Virus record (IMG/VR): IMGVR_UViG_3300024331_000003
Coordinates: 1-42,643 of that record
Source of the DNA: a virus
Lineage: Duplodnaviria; Caudoviricetes
Reading direction: 5' to 3' (one strand)
DNA: 42,643 bases
Shown here: positions 27,368 to 34,634 of the stretch, one piece after another
Layout: every line of letters begins with the position of its first letter
Position numbering within the stretch: the first letter of the stretch is position 1
Made by a program: the position numbers and the translations under genes
Notes under the pieces: generated by a model
Database searches by the model: none
What the model saw: only the letters and a program-made list of their open reading frames with translations
What the model was told of the DNA's origin: nothing

Positions 27368-27877
27368 ATGAGCGAGACATTTGAGCGATGGGTTCATTTT
27401 GAACCATCACGTAATTGGATTCGCGACACGCCAAGCCGCAACTACGGCATAACAACGGCCAGTATAACATTCTTCGTTCGCGGTCCTAAAGGCGTTGTTC
27501 AGTGGAAGATTGGAACTGAATGGGGCATCAAAAGCGTTCGCGATCACCTTGCAAAGTTCTCGGTCCGCAACATTGAGGAAATGAGAATGCCAAGCGGATG
27601 GGATTTAGGCTATCATTCTTACAGGCCGATGTACGAAGGGCAGGAGCCGCTTACCGAAAGCTGCCCCATCCTTAACGGCGACCGCTGCTACTACAATGGC
27701 TCCAGCCTTAACGCGGATTATCTGATCGAAGGTTTCCTTGCCGGCGGCACGGACTGGCTGTGGCCAAAATTGGAGGAAGTGTACCGCGCACAGTTTGAGG
27801 ATGGGCCGGAACCTGATTTCACGCCGCCTGAAAATCCGCATCCTGATGATCGCGCTAAAGCCGAGATCACCCCATGA
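27368..27877 (+). CDS. Conserved phage hypothetical protein
   Basis: 'GWDLGYHS.RPMYEGQ..CPIL.G..CYYNGSSLNA' motif; GGAG RBS. Confidence 0.7.
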   Translation: MSETFERWVHFEPSRNWIRDTPSRNYGITTASITFFVRGPKGVVQWKIGTEWGIKSVRDHLAKFSVRNIEEMRMPSGWDLGYHSYRPMYEGQEPLTESCPILNGDRCYYNGSSLNADYLIEGFLAGGTDWLWPKLEEVYRAQFEDGPEPDFTPPENPHPDDRAKAEITP

Positions 27878-28281
27878 CTCCCTCTCGCCAAGCGCCGGAA
27901 CGGAGCGAGCCTTTATGGCAGCGCGGGGTGTTCGCCATGAAAGGCGCAGGTGGGGGCGAGTGGACCGTTTCCGGCGAGTTCATTTACGGGAAATGGGGCA
28001 TATCAAAACGCGACGGAGATGAGCCGGGACGCAAATTATGGAACCTGACGCACCTGCCGACCGGCTTTTGTGTGTTCTACACCACGGAAAAATCTGACGC
28101 CAAATTGGCGGCGAAAATCTGCGACGAGATTAAAGATTTCGCGAAAATCGATAGCATCGAAACCGCTGCCCCGTATACGGCGGCAGTAAAGCACGCCTTC
28201 GAGGCTGCTGGCTTACATCATCATGGCGGAAGCAGATTCGAGCGATGGGAAATCGCAAATGACGATCTACACGCTGGCTGA
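27874..28281 (+). CDS. Hypothetical protein
   Basis: 135 aa, 'WNLTHLPTG' motif, ATGA-coupled. Confidence 0.65.
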   Translation: MTPSRQAPERSEPLWQRGVFAMKGAGGGEWTVSGEFIYGKWGISKRDGDEPGRKLWNLTHLPTGFCVFYTTEKSDAKLAAKICDEIKDFAKIDSIETAAPYTAAVKHAFEAAGLHHHGGSRFERWEIANDDLHAG

Positions 28282-28366
28282 CGTGCTGTTTTGGGGAACT
28301 GTTGGATTAGCCGGAACGCTCGCGGCAGTCCTGATCGGAACCTTTATCGAGAGGATCAAGCGTTGA
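28259..28366 (+). CDS. 35-aa membrane peptide
   Basis: MTIYTLADVLFWGTVGLAGTLAAVLIGTFIERIKR; its stop overlaps the next TTG start. Confidence 0.5.
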   Translation: MTIYTLADVLFWGTVGLAGTLAAVLIGTFIERIKR

Positions 28367-29238
28367 CCGAATTTCCTGGCGAGATTGTGGAGCGGTGCGC
28401 GAGGGCTTTCCGCAAGGAGTGGGGATTTTGGAATTTGCGTCGGAAGATGGACGGCAGTGGCTATGAAGCTGTACGTGCAGACCTGGAGGAACCTATCTCA
28501 GATGACACTCGCGAACTGTTCCATATCGGCCCGGACAATTTCGTGGAGCGGTTCAATGTCATGCGAGATCGCTCTTGCATTCGCGCCGCCCTTTCCGCGC
28601 TCCCATCCGAAGCACGGGGCGATGGATGGCAGTTGGTGCGCGAGGAAGCCATTGCGGAAGCGCGGCGGTGTCTATTCGACGCCGCTGATTACTGTTCGCT
28701 GCAATGTCCGATCTCAGCCCCAAAATGGAGAGAAGCCGCCGTAATGCTCGCCGCTGCACCTGTACGCCCCGACATTCCCCCCAAGGCGGGAGAGTATGTG
28801 GAGCGGCTGAACGCCGTTCTCGAATGGGCTGATGAATTGTTCGCGACAGTTGCTGCCTTACGCGACGGCGGGATCACTAATAATCAGCTTGAAGAAGCGT
28901 ATTGCGGATATGCTGACGCAGCAAATAAACTGCCGCGCGGCCAAGCCGCCTCTGCCATCGCTTCCCTTGAGGGACGGGTGAGGGAGTTGGAAGCGCGTGA
29001 CGATTTGCGCGACGAGGATTTGGACCGCGCAGTTCTCCAATACGCGCGTAACATTGCGCATAATGTTGCGATACGAGCGGCGGCGAAGGTGTTTGACGAC
29101 AAGATTGCGCTCATAATTGCAGGCAAACATTCGGATGCCGCTAAGCAGGATGCAGTCACCATTTTGCGGGCTTATGCCAATAACATCCTCTCCCTCCTTC
29201 GCCCTGAAGCCGAGGGGAAGGAGGAGAGCAACACATGA
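28363..29238 (+). CDS. Mosaic hypothetical protein (Ea/Ead-like)
   Basis: TTG start with GAGGA RBS; 'IRAALSAL..DGWQLV..MLAAAP' and coiled-coil modules typical of lambdoid early genes. Confidence 0.6.
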   Translation: MTEFPGEIVERCARAFRKEWGFWNLRRKMDGSGYEAVRADLEEPISDDTRELFHIGPDNFVERFNVMRDRSCIRAALSALPSEARGDGWQLVREEAIAEARRCLFDAADYCSLQCPISAPKWREAAVMLAAAPVRPDIPPKAGEYVERLNAVLEWADELFATVAALRDGGITNNQLEEAYCGYADAANKLPRGQAASAIASLEGRVRELEARDDLRDEDLDRAVLQYARNIAHNVAIRAAAKVFDDKIALIIAGKHSDAAKQDAVTILRAYANNILSLLRPEAEGKEESNT

Positions 29239-29420
29239 GCCGCATTAGGGAGGGTTGGTTCGCCGTACAAGGTGCGATTGGGTATGCGGTAGTGTATCCT
29301 TGGTGTTGCCACCTTTTCAATGTGAAGCCGTGGAATGTGTGGTGGTTTTCGCTCTTTATTTTTTCCATCGGCGCGATATGGACCCTAATTTCGGAAGCCG
29401 AGACGAAGGAGACGGGGTGA
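29235..29420 (+). CDS. Small two-pass membrane protein
   Basis: 61 aa, aromatic and hydrophobic; GGAG RBS. Confidence 0.55.
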   Translation: MSRIREGWFAVQGAIGYAVVYPWCCHLFNVKPWNVWWFSLFIFSIGAIWTLISEAETKETG

Positions 29421-29680
29421 TGGGCGCAGGATTTATACTCGATGACGAAAACGGCTGCACAGTCGCAGGAGAACGCGACGATCTTGTGGCGGAAGTAATC
29501 GACCTCCGCCTCACTGTCTCCCGTCTGGAAGAGCGGATAAGGACGTTGGAGAGCAAGGATGCCTATCGTGAAGCGTGGCTTAGTGGTTTCGACAAGTGCA
29601 AACAAATTGCAGACATATACGCCAACTTTTCTGTACGCGAAAACGTCGAATTTGATGCTGCTAGGAATGGCAAGAGATGA
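29420..29680 (+). CDS. Hypothetical coiled-coil protein
   Basis: AAGGAG RBS; 'ERDDLVAEVIDLRLTVSRLEERI'. Confidence 0.55.
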   Translation: MGAGFILDDENGCTVAGERDDLVAEVIDLRLTVSRLEERIRTLESKDAYREAWLSGFDKCKQIADIYANFSVRENVEFDAARNGKR

Positions 29681-29735
29681 GGCTGGAATCGCCCCGCGCC
29701 GCCCGCAAGGCTTTGTCCTCCTCGGGAGAGACAGA

Positions 29736-29939
29736 ATGAGCAAATCAGTTCGCACAGATTACGCAAACGAAAGGCCCGCGCTAGAGCAATTCATCACGAT
29801 TGAATTTGACTATGCACGGTGGGCGCGAAGGAGAGAGAATCTCATTGCAAACGGCTACCAAAATCCTTCGCCCGATACGTGCGCCCGCGCAGCTTTGTCC
29901 TCCCCCGCCATCAAGGGGGAGTCAGTGAATGCCTCTTAA
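29736..29939 (+). CDS. Hypothetical protein, last rightward gene
   Basis: GGAG RBS; ends 'ARAALSSP..'; overlaps the convergent gene end. Confidence 0.45.
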   Translation: MSKSVRTDYANERPALEQFITIEFDYARWARRRENLIANGYQNPSPDTCARAALSSPAIKGESVNAS

Positions 29940-30410
29940 AAGCCACGCTACGACAGCCCCGAGCGCCGCACCTATCGCCATAACCAACCAATTGACGCTG
30001 TCCTTAAAGCCGCCGCCGCGTCCTTCCATTTTCTCTTTCCACGCGGAGATACCTTCCAGCTTCTCCTGCAGTCCCGATAGCAGTGCGCTTGCTTCTGTCC
30101 TCAACAGCATCTTGCTGGTGAGATCGCTAAGCGCCTCACGAAATTCATTCACGCCCTCAAAACGTTTGTCATAGGCGGTTTCGGATTTAGTGACCGCCTT
30201 CTCGGAGGCCACCATAGCGATATTGACGCCCTCTTTTTGAGAGGCGAAGCGTTCCACGTTTCTCGCTTCGCGTTCCTCTGCAAGGTCAGAAACGGCAGTA
30301 ACTTTTTCTTCAAGAACCCGCACTCGTTCGAGAAGGTACTTCTCGAAAGTGTCCAGTGTGTATATGAGCTGAGCGGTATCGCCGCACGCAATTTTAGGAC
30401 GCTCAGCCAT
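29922..30410 (-). CDS. Coiled-coil protein with C-terminal TM helix
   Basis: 'ASEKAVTKSETAYDKRFEGVNEFR' and hydrophobic C-terminus; lysis-region type. Confidence 0.75.
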   Translation of the reverse strand: MAERPKIACGDTAQLIYTLDTFEKYLLERVRVLEEKVTAVSDLAEEREARNVERFASQKEGVNIAMVASEKAVTKSETAYDKRFEGVNEFREALSDLTSKMLLRTEASALLSGLQEKLEGISAWKEKMEGRGGGFKDSVNWLVMAIGAALGAVVAWLLRGIH

Positions 30411-30498
30411 GACCGAAACGCCCCAACAGCAGAATCACCACTATTGCGGCGGTTGTGCAGAACGCCCAAACATAATCAGCGACTTCAAGACGGCGCAT
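30403..30498 (-). CDS. 31-aa membrane peptide
   Basis: MRRLEVADYVWAFCTTAAIVVILLLGRFGHG; overlaps the next start. Confidence 0.45.
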   Translation of the reverse strand: MRRLEVADYVWAFCTTAAIVVILLLGRFGHG

Positions 30499-30610
30499 CA
30501 CTGGCACTCACAAGTAATAGTTCACTAACAGAATCATCGCGACGAAAGTGGCTGCTGCCATTCCTGCACACGCAGCCAAAATAAAGTCTCGCGGTTCTAG
30601 CGCATCGCGA

Positions 30611-30775
30611 TTACAACCGTCCCAACAGCAGTAGGATAAGGATCACGACCAGCACAATCCCGAGGATGCCGCCGAGAGCGTAGCCCTGTCCATAAAATGG
30701 GCCGCCACCATAGCCGCTGAATCCGCCAGCCAGGACGATTATGAGGATGATGAGTAGAATGAGACCGAGAGACAT
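30611..30775 (-). CDS. DUF3309-family small membrane protein
   Basis: MSLGLILLIILIIVLAGG..G.G..GGILGIVLVVILILLLLGRL. Confidence 0.8.
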   Translation of the reverse strand: MSLGLILLIILIIVLAGGFSGYGGGPFYGQGYALGGILGIVLVVILILLLLGRL

Positions 30776-30776
30776 A

Positions 30777-30947
30777 TCAGCCGCCCGCGCTTCCCAAATG
30801 AACGCCACTGACAAGCACCGACAGCACCCAGAAGAACAGGCCGCCGGGGATTAACCGCCAGCGCCATACTTCGTACGGCTGGTTGATGAAGGCCGAGATG
30901 CCAAACAGCACCAGAGCGACGACGAGAAAGATGAGTCCTAAGGGCAT
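30777..30947 (-). CDS. 56-aa two-pass membrane protein (not in ORF track)
   Basis: MPLGLIFLVVALVLFGISAF..RLIPGGLFFWVLSVLV; AAGGAGG RBS. Confidence 0.7.
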   Translation of the reverse strand: MPLGLIFLVVALVLFGISAFINQPYEVWRWRLIPGGLFFWVLSVLVSGVHLGSAGG

Positions 30948-30992
30948 GGAATTTGCGCCTCCTTAGCGCTGTGGAAAATAGTGCCGATCATG

Positions 30993-31271
30993 TCATCCAC
31001 CCGCCTTTGGAACGGGAGTTGGTGCAGCGGCTGGCGTGGGTGTTGGGGTTGGTGCTATCATCTGAGCCTTGGAAACGTCGGCACTGGTCTTTTTGTCGAT
31101 CGTTCGCAATACGCCGCCGCCAGCGACGATCGCGGCCGCTAACGGTAGCGCTTCCGACGCCGTAGCCGGGATGAAGCAGCACACCGCGATTGCCGCGGAT
31201 GATGTGTAAATCGCGAACGGCCGCGCCCATGAAGCCACGAGATCGTCAACGCTGCCGCCCCAATTGGCCAT
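30993..31271 (-). CDS. Holin-like membrane protein
   Basis: Two hydrophobic segments, 'WARPF..' and 'GG.LRTIDKK'; Pro/Thr tail; next to spanin-like genes. Confidence 0.55.
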   Translation of the reverse strand: MANWGGSVDDLVASWARPFAIYTSSAAIAVCCFIPATASEALPLAAAIVAGGGVLRTIDKKTSADVSKAQMIAPTPTPTPAAAPTPVPKAGG

Positions 31272-31274
31272 TGG

Positions 31275-31520
31275 CTATCCCCGACAGGCGGCGCGAGCCG
31301 CATCTCGCAAGGCGAGATAATCCTTTAGGAACCGATCCAGCATGGCATGGTGAACCACGCTGTTTTTCTCCTGCACGGCCTCTGCACCTTGGGCTTTTGT
31401 GTAAGGCACCACAGGGAGGCACAGTGCCCGCGCTGGAGGCGGTGGCGGTTGAGACTGGCTGGCGCATCCCAAGATGGCGAACGCGAGCGTAGAAACAGCT
31501 ATGAGCCTAGAACGAACCAT
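31275..31520 (-). CDS. o-spanin-like lipoprotein
   Basis: Lipobox ILGC, Pro-rich, extra Cys; overlaps the upstream TM gene. Confidence 0.65.
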   Translation of the reverse strand: MVRSRLIAVSTLAFAILGCASQSQPPPPPARALCLPVVPYTKAQGAEAVQEKNSVVHHAMLDRFLKDYLALRDAARAACRG

Positions 31521-31725
31521 CTTTCATCCTCGTCTCTACGTCATCTGCCGTCGCACCCACGTCCTTGGCCTCACTAGCGGCCACGGCTTCCTGCTGATGC
31601 GCCGCGGATGTCGCATCGGCTGCCATCTGTTCCGCGCGCCCCTGCACCACACCTTCGGTCTGCTGCCGACCGCCAAACAGCCAGCGTATAATTCCCAGAA
31701 CCAATCCTGCCAAGGCGGACCACAT
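31507..31725 (-). CDS. i-spanin-like protein
   Basis: N-terminal TM/amphipathic helix plus Ala-rich helix; precedes the lipoprotein. Confidence 0.55.
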   Translation of the reverse strand: MWSALAGLVLGIIRWLFGGRQQTEGVVQGRAEQMAADATSAAHQQEAVAASEAKDVGATADDVETRMKDGSF

Positions 31726-31742
31726 TAGGTCATCACGCTCCT

Positions 31743-31798
31743 AGGAAAGCCGCGCCGCCATTTGCGACGGCGCGAGTTGGCATGGGCCGCGCCCATGC
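31743..31798 (-). terminator. Two GC-rich hairpins (terminator/attenuator-like)
   Basis: GCATGGGC-n3-GCCCATGC, then CGCGCCGTC-GCAAAT-GGCGGCGCG followed by only a short U tract. Confidence 0.35.
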
Positions 31799-31808
31799 GG
31801 GGGTGAAA

Positions 31809-32069
31809 TCATCCGCCCGGCGTATTGGCCGTAATTGCGGCGCTGATCTTCGCTTTGTTCGCGTCAATCGCGTCTTGTACGGCCTGTAGTTTGGCAGGGT
31901 CTGTGCCGGCGTCTTTGAGCTGCTGAGCGATGTTCGTCAGCAAAGTAATGATCGAATCGTCCAGCGTGCTTTCGGCCTGAACGTCGGCCAGAATGTCATC
32001 AATTTTTGCCATCATTGTCTCCTGTAGTGCGATGATGCGGTCCAGTTTGGACCATCTGCGAAACCACAT
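31809..32069 (-). CDS. Small coiled-coil phage protein
   Basis: 'MMAKIDDILADVQAESTLDDSIITLL..DPAKLQAV..AITANTP'; GGAG RBS before both possible starts. Confidence 0.7.
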   Translation of the reverse strand: MWFRRWSKLDRIIALQETMMAKIDDILADVQAESTLDDSIITLLTNIAQQLKDAGTDPAKLQAVQDAIDANKAKISAAITANTPGG

Positions 32070-32090
32070 GGTTTCTCCGTTTGTCGCCCC

Positions 32091-32429
32091 TTATTTGCCC
32101 TTTGCCTTCGAGACAACCTTGGTATAGGCGGCCTGCACGGCGGCGTGCGCGTCCTGGATTTTTGGCGTAAAGCCAAGATCGGATTCGATCTGCTGGATGT
32201 ACGACGTTACCGCCTGTCCAAATTTCTGCTCGCCGGGAATGCTAAGACCGAACTGCGCCGTAACAGCATTGACGGCGATCTGCGCCATCTTGCCGATAAC
32301 ATCCGGCGCGGCGGTGAAAATCTCATCTTCGATCTTGGTCACAATCGGAGCTATCTTGCTCCAAGCTGCCGTAGCGGCTGTTTCGAGGGCGCCTACGAAA
32401 GTCGAGAACCAGTCTGTCTGTCCACTCAT
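32091..32429 (-). CDS. Holin-like (LL-H type) or lysis accessory protein
   Basis: 'GEQKFGQAV..AAVQAAY' motif; AAAGGTGA RBS. Confidence 0.55.
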   Translation of the reverse strand: MSGQTDWFSTFVGALETAATAAWSKIAPIVTKIEDEIFTAAPDVIGKMAQIAVNAVTAQFGLSIPGEQKFGQAVTSYIQQIESDLGFTPKIQDAHAAVQAAYTKVVSKAKGK

Positions 32430-32440
32430 GTTTCACCTTT

Positions 32441-32551
32441 GCGCTGTCGATACGGCCTGATCGCCGCATCGGGAATCGCGCCAGCACGCGACAGCGCCGA
32501 CTGGCCCGTATAGAGCCTCAAAGCGAACCGACGCGATTCCCGATAGGGCGA
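32441..32551 (-). ncRNA. Long hairpin with double pseudoknot abutting an RBS
   Basis: Perfect 13-bp stem 32468-32480/32532-32544; loop segments 32489-32497 and 32503-32511 complement 32441-32449 and 32450-32457. Confidence 0.5.
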
Positions 32552-32557
32552 ATAAAG

Positions 32558-32785
32558 TGCTGCGGGCCGGACGCAACCCCGGCTGTTCGTGGGCCTTCAG
32601 CATCCGAGCGCAGCCCATTCCCCTAAGCGGGTTCGCCGCGACAGTATGACCGGACTTTGCCGCCGTGTTCCACATTCTCTCCCGTGGCTTACCCCGCAAG
32701 AGACACACAAACGACCGAGTAACCCGACAGTAACCCCCGCGACCTCGGAACTTGGGAGCGTGTCTGCTTTCCACGCCGCCGCAGC
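32558..32785 (-). ncRNA. tRNA-like RNA with 174-nt insert replacing the anticodon arm
   Basis: GCTGCGG/CCGCAGC acceptor plus A, GCGTG/CACGC D-like arm, GCCGG/CCGGC T-like arm. Confidence 0.55.
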
Positions 32786-32865
32786 GGTGAGCCTTTGTCC
32801 CGGCCGTCTTACGATTGGGCCGCACCCGTCCGTGAACGGAAGTCGTAAGCCAAAGGCTCGCCGCT
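32783..32865. ncRNA. Branched stem-loop
   Basis: 15-bp stem 32783-32797/32851-32865, inner CTTACGATT/AGTCGTAAG stem and TCCG/CGGA hairpin. Confidence 0.45.
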
Positions 32866-32877
32866 ATGGCGCTCAAT

Positions 32878-33267
32878 TCAATCAACAATGACATACGCCC
32901 CCGACTTCAAGCCATGTGCGGTCATACACTTGTTGACGCGCGACTTGGCCTGTATTCCTAGCACATTCAGATCGTCAAAACCAGCACTCGCCATACCGCC
33001 AGCCGCCGTAAGGACGGGCACCAGCGGGTTTAGCGTAACGCCGGGCAGGCCATTGGCAGCACCGCTTACCGCGCCCGCTCCAAGGTGCTGCAAATCGAAA
33101 TGCTCTGGAAGTAGCTTCACTTCGGCAATGCAGGTCGCAAGATCGGCCTTGTATGCGGCCCGATCCGTGATCTCCACCGCTGCCGGGCCGGGATAGTTAG
33201 CCACGTTCGGCATTAGAGCGCAGCCGGACAGGGCTAAAGGTGCCACAATGATCGCTGAAACGTTCAT
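32878..33267 (-). CDS. Lipoprotein with glycine-zipper-like segment
   Basis: Lipobox LSGC; 'DLATC..GAGAVSGA..NKCM..G' pattern. Confidence 0.7.
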   Translation of the reverse strand: MNVSAIIVAPLALSGCALMPNVANYPGPAAVEITDRAAYKADLATCIAEVKLLPEHFDLQHLGAGAVSGAANGLPGVTLNPLVPVLTAAGGMASAGFDDLNVLGIQAKSRVNKCMTAHGLKSGAYVIVD

Positions 33268-33410
33268 GGCGGCAGTTCTGGCTCTTTCTCGTCCTCCCGT
33301 TCCAGCAGCAGCTTAAGCGCGTGCAGGATGCAGTAGGTCTCGTAATCGCGGCCTATGCCTTTGCCCTTCAGGCATTGGGTGATGGCGTGGAGGGTTTCGA
33401 CGCGGGTCAT
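33264..33410 (-). CDS. 48-aa hypothetical protein (not in ORF track)
   Basis: ATGA-coupled on both sides. Confidence 0.55.
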   Translation of the reverse strand: MTRVETLHAITQCLKGKGIGRDYETYCILHALKLLLEREDEKEPELPP

Positions 33411-33682
33411 TGGCCCAACTCTAATAATTCACGAGTTGCTTCTTGCAACCCACGCAACTGTGCAAAGATCGCTTCTTCGTAACTATTTCCGACAATGCAG
33501 AGTCCATATGATGGTTTGCCTTCTCCGCGCCCGAAAGGTGTTGCCCAGATGGCTGACCTACCCTTAGCAATACCGTCCTTGTGTTCGTCGGGAATTTTCA
33601 TGTCGAGCGCCTCATAATAACCCCGCAAAAGACTCTCGATCTTCTGTTCCCGCGACATTGTTGACCATTCTTCTTCGGTCAT
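33407..33682 (-). CDS. Hypothetical protein
   Basis: 91 aa, ATGA-coupled. Confidence 0.6.
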   Translation of the reverse strand: MTEEEWSTMSREQKIESLLRGYYEALDMKIPDEHKDGIAKGRSAIWATPFGRGEGKPSYGLCIVGNSYEEAIFAQLRGLQEATRELLELGQ

Positions 33683-34530
33683 TGTCCTATCGCTACGAAA
33701 TCAGCCACGGCTTGCGGCGAAGCGAATTGATACGGCGCGTAGGCCGGCATGTCGAAATAGATGTAGGCAAGCGCGCCGGGACACCTGTACGTCGATATCC
33801 AACGCGTCTGATTAGACGGCGGCGCACCGGTTTCCGTGATCGCGAACGGAATGCCGAGCTGTGGACCTACATTGCAAACTGCAGCCGAGAAGTCCTCCGC
33901 CACGCCGGTTGCGTCGTAAACATCCTCGCCGAGAATATCGGTCGCCGGTCGCCAGGTATTGTAGAGTCCCTCCGCAAATTCTGTCGAATCTAGCGCGAAT
34001 ACCCATTTCACATTCACCACGCCGTCATTTTGGAAGATAGCAACGACATGGGCATAGGCAGCTTTGTAGAGCGTCGGGTCGCGATTGGGATTGGAGCATC
34101 GGCCGGAAGTCGTGACCGTTGGCTCCGAGAACAACCCAATCCATACCGGAGCACCAAGCGCCGCGATCTGATTGGCCTGCGCGTCGATCTGCGCATCATA
34201 CTTGCCGGTAACCACATCGCTCAGAAGCACACAACCGGTGCCTTGGCGTGGGCTCCAAAGAATGTAAGGTATTCTGCTGTTCGTAGCGTCCCACTGGAAG
34301 CGGGAGACATAGGAAACCGTCCACAGGAAATCCGGGGCAATCTTGTCCAGATCGAGCTTGCGCCCTATCTGCGCTTCGAGCGCGAGAACATCAGCCTCCC
34401 TCGATGCCCCGCCATTTGGGGCGACGTGGGCGCCTAGCAGCACCTTGGCCGGTGGATTGCCACGCGGCACACCCCCGCCGGATACGCAGCCAGCGAGGCA
34501 TAGAGTGCTTGCAATCAGAAACCGCTTCAT
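33679..34530 (-). CDS. Lipoprotein glycoside hydrolase (GH26-like, clan GH-A)
   Basis: MKRFLIASTLCLAGC lipobox with GGAGG RBS; 'RIPYILW.P', 'GKYDAQI', acid/base 'FSEP', 'NVKWVF', 'DILG.DVY', nucleophile 'PFAITETG'. Confidence 0.75.
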   Translation of the reverse strand: MKRFLIASTLCLAGCVSGGGVPRGNPPAKVLLGAHVAPNGGASREADVLALEAQIGRKLDLDKIAPDFLWTVSYVSRFQWDATNSRIPYILWSPRQGTGCVLLSDVVTGKYDAQIDAQANQIAALGAPVWIGLFSEPTVTTSGRCSNPNRDPTLYKAAYAHVVAIFQNDGVVNVKWVFALDSTEFAEGLYNTWRPATDILGEDVYDATGVAEDFSAAVCNVGPQLGIPFAITETGAPPSNQTRWISTYRCPGALAYIYFDMPAYAPYQFASPQAVADFVAIGQ

Positions 34531-34634
34531 CCATCCTCCAACCGCTGCGGCGGTGCCCAAACGCTATCGCGAAGGTCCGCTGTGCAACGGGGTTAGCTAT
34601 CGGCCGTAAACTACCTCGGTCCGCCGCAGCATTT

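Noticed and set aside
29700-29905. GCTTTGTCCTCC repeated twice
   Set aside because: Encodes the common AR(K/A)ALSS ending of lambdoid early genes; ordinary module microhomology.
32584-32757. tmRNA or group I intron as the identity of the insert
   Set aside because: No G3:U70 alanine identity pair, no clear tag frame ending in Ala-Ala, and no recognisable group I core seen by eye; needs Infernal to exclude.
32433-32894. 153-aa (-) and 100-aa (+) ORFs across the structured interval
   Set aside because: No recognisable motifs or good RBS, and dense base-pairing explains the sequence better. Not formally excluded.
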